Shown: piece after piece, positions 1-6,113 of the stretch
How positions within the stretch are numbered: the stretch's first letter is position 1
Layout of the letters: the number at the start of each line of letters is the position of its first letter
IMG/VR virus record: IMGVR_UViG_2671180433_000015
Length of the DNA: 7,499 bases
Source: a virus
Taxonomy: Duplodnaviria; Heunggongvirae; Uroviricota; Caudoviricetes
Reading direction: 5' to 3' (one strand)
Notes under the pieces: model-generated
Databases searched by the model: none
Told to the model about the DNA's origin: nothing
What the model saw: only the letters and a program-made list of their open reading frames with translations
Made by a program: the position numbers and the translations under genes

Positions 1-648
1 CTTCAGTATGCTGGTGGCGGTCTGTTCTCCCGGTATGATGTCGCTTTCACGGTATACGGAGCGGATTTTTTCCGCCGGTAATCCCAGAGAACGACGCGCT
101 ACTGCCTCAGGTAGTGCATCCACCACCTGATTGCAGGCCGCCCACCAGGATAATTCGGCCAGCGATAACTCCCTCTCCTGCGTACCGCTTATTGCGTGAC
201 CGATGACGTCAATCATCCATGCTGACAGGTTTTGATGAGCAAGTTGCTCGAGTGATTCGGATGTCTGGTCACGCAGCTGGTTGTCACAGTGCCAGCACAA
301 CACCATCGCGCCGGTACCGTAACGGTGAATGACTGTTTCGCTGTGATGATAATCGCCGTGTGGCCACTGGCAGGATTTCACGTGACGTAATAACCAGTCA
401 GACAGTGCACCTGCACCACCTGCTGCACGAATTACCCGCTCATCGCTGAAAAATGGTAGTAATGTTTTATCCTCAGCCAACGGCTGGCTAACGGCTGCAA
501 CGACGCCGGACGGAAGACTGCGCATGTTTTTGGGTTCCGGTTCCACCAATATTCTGCCGTTATGGAATACTGACATTGATTCACGGCCTGGCTTAACGAT
601 AACCAGACTGAGTTCCGGTACCAGAACAGGTCGAAGTAATACCCGCAC
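1..648 (-). CDS. Phage protein with Cys/His (HNH- or zinc-finger-like) motif; partial, C-terminus lies beyond the window start
   Basis: Minus-strand frame is open from 723 to position 1; it is absent from the ORF track, probably because it is truncated by the window edge. GTG at 648-646 lies 5 nt after a GGAGG Shine-Dalgarno and 1 nt after the TAA stop (652-650) of the upstream gene. Alternative in-frame ATGs at 576 and 525 have no convincing SD. Hand translation gives ...GGAGALSDWLLRHVKSCQWPHGDYHHSETVIHRYGTGAMVLCWHCDNQLRDQ..., a Cys/His cluster resembling HNH or Rap/NinG-type phage nuclease motifs. Family assignment is tentative. Confidence 0.5.
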   Translation of the reverse strand, partial: MRVLLRPVLVPELSLVIVKPGRESMSVFHNGRILVEPEPKNMRSLPSGVVAAVSQPLAEDKTLLPFFSDERVIRAAGGAGALSDWLLRHVKSCQWPHGDYHHSETVIHRYGTGAMVLCWHCDNQLRDQTSESLEQLAHQNLSAWMIDVIGHAISGTQERELSLAELSWWAACNQVVDALPEAVARRSLGLPAEKIRSVYRESDIIPGEQTATSILK

Positions 649-649
649 G

Positions 650-922
650 TTACCTCCAGATGCGTTGCTGATATGTGCGGGACGGACGCGGCGGGCGTTC
701 GGAATAAGGGAGCCTGACGGAAATTATCCAGTGTCGGAAGTCAGGATTGAGGCCTTTCTGAAACTGGTATCCACGTCTGCGGTAATTCTGAATCAGCCAC
801 TCGGCCTGTTCTTCAGTGCATTGGTCATGCTGGTACCAGTCATATTTGAATGCGTGAGAGCGCCGTCCGTGTCTGCTGGCAGGGTCGGCATCAGAATTGT
901 GGTGTTTGGTATTGTGCGCCAT
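650..922 (-). CDS. Small basic phage protein (about 90 aa), function unknown
   Basis: Part of track ORF 650..1003. The track start at 1003 is a TTG inside the U-tract of the upstream terminator, so the first ATG (922-920, MAHNTKHH...) is preferred. Arg-rich C-terminus. Stop TAA 652-650 is embedded in the SD of the next gene. Confidence 0.4.
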   Translation of the reverse strand: MAHNTKHHNSDADPASRHGRRSHAFKYDWYQHDQCTEEQAEWLIQNYRRRGYQFQKGLNPDFRHWIISVRLPYSERPPRPSRTYQQRIWR

Positions 923-990
923 CGGTTGTCTCTGCTGGCGCAGCAGGTGCCAGTTGTTCAGGCTGGCGTGTGGATTGTAAACCAGAATGC

Positions 991-1020
991 CAGGAAAAAA
1001 CAAAACCCGCGAAGCGGGTT
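991..1020 (-). terminator. Rho-independent terminator downstream of the restriction gene
   Basis: 7-bp stem AACCCGC (1004-1010) / GCGGGTT (1014-1020) with GAA loop. On the minus-strand transcript it is followed by UUGUUUUUUCC (complement of 991-1003). It sits about 70 nt after the endonuclease stop at 1093. Confidence 0.6.
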
Positions 1021-1092
1021 AGTAAAAATGTACTGAAGTCAATGACGTGCCATCACAGTTAAAATATGACAGACTCTATTTACGTAGAGATG

Positions 1093-1971
1093 TCAGACTG
1101 CAAGATCCAAGGGAAGATCAGAAATATCCTTTAATCTTTTACCATTAACCATCACGGAAAGCATGTCAGCTGCATCGCTGAGCCCCAGTATTTCAACTGC
1201 TGATATAAGTTCATAAAGCGCAAAATGATACACGCAATCTATATCACCAGTACCAAGAGCAATAGACGCCAGACGACTTGGAGTAGGCTCAGCAGTAACA
1301 ACCATTACATGAGGGAGATTTCCCTTACGGTTGCGAATAAGATTTAATGCCTCAGAACGAGCATTCTGGGCCCGGTCGCTTCTTATTGTCCATTTGCAGG
1401 AAATACTTGCGTGTAATATTGGTTTCCCACCATTCGAACTCCTGAGAGCTGACATGCGGGTAACAGAATCATCCACCAGTAATTCAGGACTGTTGATAAC
1501 TTGATCACATTCAGGTTCTCTTTCAACAATAATATCTGGTGAAATCGTATAATCACTCCCCAGTGCAGCAGCTAGCTGAGGATTACTTTTTGCAGCACTA
1601 TCCAATGCTATAAGATGGGCATATTGTTCATATTTAGCTATCTCTAATCTGTTTCTACCAGAAACCTGATGTACATTCCATTTTCCAGGGCGTAAGTGGC
1701 TGAGTTTAAAAAAGGTTTTTTCTATAAACTCTGCGCAGATACTCTCAAACTGATTACCAGATGTTTGCCCTGCAACACGTTCACCAATCGTTTCAGCCTG
1801 CAAGAAGCGAGCAATTTCTCTTGCTATAGCTTTACTGTTTTTGTTACTGCTATCTGCGTTACTAACAACTCCGGCAGTATTAATTGTGAGCGTATTCAGT
1901 AACAATTGGGCATGAAACTCCTTTCTGGCTTCAGCAAAACCAACTATGCTGTCAACCAAATCTCCATTCAT
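1093..1971 (-). CDS. Putative Type II restriction endonuclease, NgoMIV/Cfr10I-like class (292 aa)
   Basis: Track ORF 1093..2106 trimmed to ATG 1971-1969 (MNGDLVDS...). That start lies 13 nt after the methyltransferase TGA stop (1987-1985) and 9 nt after a GAAGGA SD. Motifs, numbered from this start: SPD146, S191-C-K193, E208, and R197-S-D199-R200 four residues after the lysine. This matches the non-classical PD...SxK...E active site plus R-x-D-R recognition element as I recall it for NgoMIV, Cfr10I, Bse634I and SgrAI. Co-oriented with and immediately downstream of a C5-methyltransferase. Confidence 0.6.
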   Translation of the reverse strand: MNGDLVDSIVGFAEARKEFHAQLLLNTLTINTAGVVSNADSSNKNSKAIAREIARFLQAETIGERVAGQTSGNQFESICAEFIEKTFFKLSHLRPGKWNVHQVSGRNRLEIAKYEQYAHLIALDSAAKSNPQLAAALGSDYTISPDIIVEREPECDQVINSPELLVDDSVTRMSALRSSNGGKPILHASISCKWTIRSDRAQNARSEALNLIRNRKGNLPHVMVVTAEPTPSRLASIALGTGDIDCVYHFALYELISAVEILGLSDAADMLSVMVNGKRLKDISDLPLDLAV

Positions 1972-1984
1972 TTCTGGATTTCCT

Positions 1985-3109
1985 TCAGGCTGCTTGACTA
2001 TTCTTACTGATGTTATTCTTATACCGTCCCTGCAAAACTCCATACACATATTGTGCGATTTTTGCCGCAAATAGCGGTGGAACAGCATTCCCGATCTGCT
2101 TTGCAATCTCAGTTTTTGAACCGGTAAAAATGAAATTATCAGGAAAAGACATTAATCTCGCTGCCTCACGATGAGTTATTGGCCGATCCTCTTCCGGATG
2201 TAAATATCGCCCTTTCTCCGGTTTGAAAAACTCAGTACGAATCGTTACTGAAGGTTTGTCCCACCACAGACGTCCAAACAAATCGGTCCCTCCAGATTTC
2301 TTTTTTAGCCAGCACGCCGGGGTTATATCAGGTCTTTTTTTCTGTAAATCGAAACGGTTACCTCCTGGTGGAACCGCTTTATATCGCTCCAGAGAAACAG
2401 GAGTGGGATTACGCCCAAAATGTAAGTTCAGCGGAGGAAGTTCATTACGAATATCAGTTCCAACAGGAGCAGGTAAGTCACCAATTGCATCACGCGTACA
2501 GACCCATTCAGGCAAAGCGACATCCTTATCAGGGGAACGATGCGTTGGTGCTGGCGGGAACGCCGGAATACTATGCACATCGAAGAGTTCTCGTTTGATA
2601 CCGATTGCTATCGTTCGTTTTCTTGTCTGAGGTACTCCATAGTCAGCAGTATTCAACACCATTGGATTAAGCAGAATAAAGCCCATGGATTTCGCTCTAA
2701 ACGTAATGTCCGCAAACTCATCGCTTATCAGCAATCCGGGGACATTTTCCATGACGAACATACAAGCCCTTGAACGCTCAATGACATCCATATAAGGCTC
2801 CCACAATGCTCTTCGGTGATCACCATAACGATTCTTATTCAATAAACTGAATCCCTGACACGGGGGGCCACCTATGACCACATCAGCCTCAGGAACAGTA
2901 TTGCTGGATGCCCACTCCTCAATATTTGCCTGAACTCCATGCAAACCAAAATTGGCATTGTAGGTATTTATAGCTGCAGCATTATTATCAATAGCAAGGA
3001 TACTTTCAAAGTAGTCAGACATCTCTCCATGAAGAAAACCATAAGATAATCCACCTGCCCCACAAAAGAGGTCTATCACTCTGAATTTATTTAATTCTTT
3101 CATCCGCAT
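1985..3109 (-). CDS. DNA (cytosine-5)-methyltransferase (374 aa)
   Basis: Canonical m5C-MTase motifs in order: I DLFCGAGGLSYGF (FxGxGG), IV GGPPCQGFS (catalytic PCQ), VI ENVPGL (ENV), VIII QTRKR, IX REAARLMSFPDNFIF, X QIGNAVPP. About 150 aa between motifs VIII and IX forms the variable target-recognition domain. ATG at 3109 has a GAGG SD 7 nt upstream. No N-terminal HTH extension. Confidence 0.9.
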   Translation of the reverse strand: MRMKELNKFRVIDLFCGAGGLSYGFLHGEMSDYFESILAIDNNAAAINTYNANFGLHGVQANIEEWASSNTVPEADVVIGGPPCQGFSLLNKNRYGDHRRALWEPYMDVIERSRACMFVMENVPGLLISDEFADITFRAKSMGFILLNPMVLNTADYGVPQTRKRTIAIGIKRELFDVHSIPAFPPAPTHRSPDKDVALPEWVCTRDAIGDLPAPVGTDIRNELPPLNLHFGRNPTPVSLERYKAVPPGGNRFDLQKKRPDITPACWLKKKSGGTDLFGRLWWDKPSVTIRTEFFKPEKGRYLHPEEDRPITHREAARLMSFPDNFIFTGSKTEIAKQIGNAVPPLFAAKIAQYVYGVLQGRYKNNISKNSQAA

Positions 3110-3192
3110 CCATATGCCTCAGATTAATGTTGAGCGTCTTACAGGACGCGTAATGTTAACTGGGGCTTTCTCTATCTGCCTTTTGGTGTTCA

Positions 3193-3217
3193 TGCCTGAG
3201 GCAGACAGCCTCAGGCA
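3193..3217. other. Perfect 9-bp inverted repeat (stem-loop) between the QueH-like gene and the methyltransferase gene
   Basis: TGCCTGAGG (3193-3201), 7-nt loop CAGACAG, CCTCAGGCA (3209-3217). GC-rich stem. No U-tract follows on either strand, so it is not a canonical intrinsic terminator. Confidence 0.5.
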
Positions 3218-3226
3218 CCCGCAGCA

Positions 3227-3255
3227 ATTCTACTTAACTCACGTCACCTCGCCAA
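3227..3255 (-). promoter_or_regulatory. Candidate sigma70 promoter for the R-M cassette
   Basis: Minus-strand reading: -35 TTGGCG (3255-3250), 17-nt spacer, -10 TAGAAT (3232-3227). This would place the inverted repeat at about +3 to +27 of the transcript. Sequence match only. Confidence 0.25.
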
Positions 3256-3287
3256 TATGAAATCAATCAGAAAGGTGATCCATAAAA

Positions 3288-3974
3288 TCACTCCTTCTCT
3301 TCTTTTCCGTAGTGGAGTTGGCCAATTTTGATAAGAGGGCGTCCCTGAGATTTGCGGTGTAGATTGGTATCGCGCAGAGAATACACACAGCCACAATATT
3401 CCTGCTGATAGAATTTTTCGCGCTTGCTGATTTCAATCATACGGGACGAGCCGCCCTGCTTGCGCCAGTTATAATCCCAGTACACCATACCCGGATAATG
3501 CGCAACAGCTCGCCGCCCACACTCGTTAACCTGCTGCATATTTTTCCAGCGTGAAATGCCCAGTGAACTACTGATCACACTGAAACCATTTTCAGCAGCG
3601 TACAACGCTGTCCGCTCAAAACGCATGTCAAAACACATGGTACAACGGATCCCCCTCTCAGGCTCCCATTCCATTCCTTTGGCACGTTCAAACCAGTTGT
3701 CGGTGTCGTAATCAGCATCGATAAACGGCACGCCGTGTTGTTCAGCAAAGCGAATATTTTCATCCTTACGAATTAAATACTCTTTCTGAGGATGAATGTT
3801 CGGGTTGTAGAAAAAGATGGTGTAGTCGATTCCCGAGGCCTGAAGCGCCTCCATCACTTCACCGGAACATGGAGCACAGCAAGAGTGCAGTAGTAGTTTG
3901 TTTGCCCCGTTTGGAAGCTCCAATTTAGGCCGTTTGAAATCAGCAATAGTCATAAATATTTTTATTGGGGTCAT
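3288..3974 (-). CDS. QueH-like epoxyqueuosine reductase family protein (DUF208), Fe-S protein
   Basis: 228-aa track ORF. N-terminal [15 protein letters not shown] motif and C-terminal EYCGCVYS cysteines fit the conserved Cys pattern of DUF208/QueH as I recall it. An alternative ATG at 3953 would give MTIADF...; neither start has a strong SD. Confidence 0.6.
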   Translation of the reverse strand: MTPIKIFMTIADFKRPKLELPNGANKLLLHSCCAPCSGEVMEALQASGIDYTIFFYNPNIHPQKEYLIRKDENIRFAEQHGVPFIDADYDTDNWFERAKGMEWEPERGIRCTMCFDMRFERTALYAAENGFSVISSSLGISRWKNMQQVNECGRRAVAHYPGMVYWDYNWRKQGGSSRMIEISKREKFYQQEYCGCVYSLRDTNLHRKSQGRPLIKIGQLHYGKEEKE

Positions 3975-4127
3975 GAAAATAGCACAGAGTGTAGCATCAG
4001 AGCAGGGCTATCGGGAATATATGTCTAAATCTGGTAATATCTGGTTTTGACGCAAAGCGGACAACCACGCTGGCTCTACCCTGCGCCATGAAAATGTCAA
4101 TTCACATCTGAACTAATGCTCTTTAAT

Positions 4128-4553
4128 CTAGTAACGTCTAAAATATCTAACATTTCCTTGATAAAATGCCAGTACACGCTGCATAGCTTCGCTCTTCCGG
4201 CACTCGCGACAGATTATATTCAGGCGCCTGTCGTAGCGGCGTATTTCGCCGTCTGGTAACGACCAGATAAGGTCCGGATCAACCACTGCAGGTTTCTTCA
4301 CCTTTGCCCTTGAGAGTTTTTTGCGAGCATTTTGCCAGTCCTTACGCGCCTGTTCAGACGGGAATAACCCGTAACCAGAGTTGTATACATCGCCACTGGC
4401 AACCAGCTCTCTGGCGAGAACACTCATCAGATATCTTGTCGCACCTGTCCTGGCTTCCAGTTGCCGCAACGTCTCGCGACCGCTCAGACGTACAAGTTCA
4501 ACAACCTGCCCTTTAATTTTTTCCCGCTCTTCTTGTGTAAATACTTTTGCCAT
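4128..4553 (-). CDS. Ren-like winged-helix phage protein (141 aa)
   Basis: Track ORF 4128..4568 starts at TTG; the ATG at 4553 has a GGAGG SD 7 nt upstream and lies 15 nt after the stop of the upstream gene. The C-terminal segment ICRECRKSEAMQRVLAFY and the internal ARTGAT resemble lambda Ren as I remember it (FKECRQSAAMKRVLAVY; ALTGAT). The family call is from memory and is low confidence. Confidence 0.5.
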   Translation of the reverse strand: MAKVFTQEEREKIKGQVVELVRLSGRETLRQLEARTGATRYLMSVLARELVASGDVYNSGYGLFPSEQARKDWQNARKKLSRAKVKKPAVVDPDLIWSLPDGEIRRYDRRLNIICRECRKSEAMQRVLAFYQGNVRYFRRY

Positions 4554-4568
4554 AAGCGCCTCCGGCAA

Positions 4569-5339
4569 TCACTTTTCCGATACAACACGGCGGGAAGAAT
4601 CAGTAATCTGTCGAACAATATCCCGGTGCTTGTTCAGCTCCCGCAGCGCGGCGCAGACTCGCTCCCACTTCTGAACATCACTTTTCGCCCTGCGCAGCGC
4701 CAGGTTTGCCCTGCGAAGGGACGGAAAAATCAGCTCATCTGCTTGCGTTTCGGTAAACGATGGCAACGGCTGCACAATGTCCGCCACAGTTTCTGTTTTA
4801 ATTTCTTCCTGTGTTGCGGCTTCCCGGACTGGTAACGCAGCACCTGCTGGCTGAGGAAAGGCCTTACCATCACTTTCCGTTACCAGCGCGGCTTTCGGCT
4901 CTGCTGGTAAATTATCGCCCGGCATGCAGTAACGAAATTTACCGTTCTGATTAACGCGTGCCAGCCGCCCCGTTGCGGTTACCACCGCCAGCGTGGAAGC
5001 AACCTTGCGAGTACTGACACCGAACTTACCCGCCAGTTCCTCACACGTTTTAGCCCCATCCTGACCGATAAACTCAATCATCATGTCTGCGGTAACTTTT
5101 TGTTCGACCTCCCCGGTCAGCATATCCTGTGCTTCAGATTTTACTGGCCGCTCTTCGGTTACCCGGGATTCACCTTCGCCAGCCAGAAACCAGGTGTGAC
5201 CAGTTTTATCAACGACGCCTTTTCTTTTGAGTTCCCACAGCTCGTTGACAGCCTCTTCACGACTGATTCCAAGGCGAGCTGCCACCACATGTGAAGAGGC
5301 TTTTTTCAGTGCTTTCAGTGCGTCAGATACGGTTTCCAT
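4569..5339 (-). CDS. Phage hypothetical protein with two winged-helix-like repeats (256 aa)
   Basis: ATG 5339 with GGAGG SD 8 nt upstream. Two internally similar segments (VVAARLGISREEAVNELWELKRKGVVDKTGHTWFLA and CEELAGKFGVSTRKVASTLAVVTATGRLARVNQNGKFRY) look like HTH or winged-helix DNA-binding units. Sits between the helicase loader and the Ren-like gene. Confidence 0.7.
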   Translation of the reverse strand: METVSDALKALKKASSHVVAARLGISREEAVNELWELKRKGVVDKTGHTWFLAGEGESRVTEERPVKSEAQDMLTGEVEQKVTADMMIEFIGQDGAKTCEELAGKFGVSTRKVASTLAVVTATGRLARVNQNGKFRYCMPGDNLPAEPKAALVTESDGKAFPQPAGAALPVREAATQEEIKTETVADIVQPLPSFTETQADELIFPSLRRANLALRRAKSDVQKWERVCAALRELNKHRDIVRQITDSSRRVVSEK

Positions 5340-5360
5340 TAAAATTTCCTCCGGACAAAA

Positions 5361-6107
5361 TTACTTCACAACCCTCATATTGCTGACATTTGGACGCCAG
5401 CTATCCCAGTTAAACGTCACCCATCGACCACCGTTCATGGTCATGCGGTCCATAATCCTCTCACCAAGAAGCGTACTCATTGCGGCATGATTCAGGTTTG
5501 TTAACATCCCGACACTGCACAGTGATGCTGTCCGGCGATCAATTATCTGGTGCAATACCACCTGCTCGTTTTTCGTCTCCCGCTGAACGCCTATTTCATC
5601 CAGGACCAGCAAATCAACCCCGCAAAGCTCCTGTAAAAATTTTTCCCCGGATTTGCCGTTGTCGTAGCTGTCATGCAACACGCTCATGACGTCAGACACG
5701 GTGACGATAATCACGCTGCGCCCCTTCACCATCAGCCGGTTGCCCATCGCCGCTGCAAGGTGATTTTTCCCGGTGCCGGTTTTACCGCTGAACACAAAAT
5801 TCGTGCACCCGGTCATCAGTTCGTCAGCTATGGATTTGGCCTGGCTCAGCGCGTATTTTTGCCCGTCGTTCTGCACCTGATAATTTGCAAACGAGCATTT
5901 GCTGTGCAGAGGCTGGATGCCCGAACGATTCAGGATTTTTTCCACCCGCAACTGGCGATTCTGGCGGTTAATCTCCTCGCTGCGTTTTCGTCCTTCAGCA
6001 AGTTGCCATTCCCGCCACTCCTCCACCGTCCGGTACGGTGGAACCGACCCCTGTGGTGCAAGTCTGCGAATACGTTCAAGAACCCCAACTGCCGCAATGT
6101 TTTTCAT
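5361..6107 (-). CDS. DnaC-family replicative helicase loader (AAA+ ATPase, IstB-like), 248 aa
   Basis: Walker A GKTGTGKNHLAAA and Walker B DLLVLDEIG. Extended collinear similarity to E. coli DnaC as I recall it (NRSGI.PLH..CSF.NY, TGMLTN, LLGER.MDRM, FNWDS.R). ATG 6107 lies 6 nt after the stop of the upstream initiator gene. Confidence 0.9.
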   Translation of the reverse strand: MKNIAAVGVLERIRRLAPQGSVPPYRTVEEWREWQLAEGRKRSEEINRQNRQLRVEKILNRSGIQPLHSKCSFANYQVQNDGQKYALSQAKSIADELMTGCTNFVFSGKTGTGKNHLAAAMGNRLMVKGRSVIIVTVSDVMSVLHDSYDNGKSGEKFLQELCGVDLLVLDEIGVQRETKNEQVVLHQIIDRRTASLCSVGMLTNLNHAAMSTLLGERIMDRMTMNGGRWVTFNWDSWRPNVSNMRVVK

Positions 6108-6113
6108 GACACG

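Noticed and set aside
650-723. Possible frameshifted pseudogene joining ORF 650..1003 to the frame that runs to position 1
   Set aside because: Two frames overlap here, but a GGAGG SD and a GTG start sit exactly at the stop of the first ORF. Translational coupling of two intact genes is the simpler reading, and there is no homopolymer slip site.
524-1036. 170-aa plus-strand ORF, and likewise plus-strand ORFs 850..1062, 1696..1902, 2223..2773, 4304..4835, 5100..5689, 5673..6521, 5899..6162 and 7059..7400
   Set aside because: All lie antisense to minus-strand genes that carry recognisable motifs or coupled starts. Their translations are low-complexity and Arg/Ser/Pro-rich, typical of shadow ORFs. 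None has an SD or a recognisable motif.
1985-2106. Track start of ORF 1093..2106, which would overlap the methyltransferase 3' end by 122 nt
   Set aside because: The upstream ATGs have no SD and lie inside the methyltransferase coding region. The ATG at 1971 has a GAAGGA SD and begins just after the methyltransferase stop, so the shorter model is preferred.
3193-3217. Inverted repeat as a rho-independent terminator for the QueH-like gene
   Set aside because: No U-rich tract follows the stem on either strand. Kept as a regulatory or structural element instead.
1044-3247. TGACGTG / CACGTCA 7-mers at the two edges of the R-M cassette as terminal inverted repeats or an att-like site
   Set aside because: Only 7 bp match and the similarity does not extend. 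A match this short is expected by chance in flanks of this size.
3153-3266. 37-codon plus-strand ORF (MLTGAFSICLLVF...) with an AGGA SD, antisense to the methyltransferase leader
   Set aside because: Too short and unsupported by any motif. It overlaps the candidate promoter and hairpin on the other strand. It cannot be distinguished from a chance ORF without expression data.
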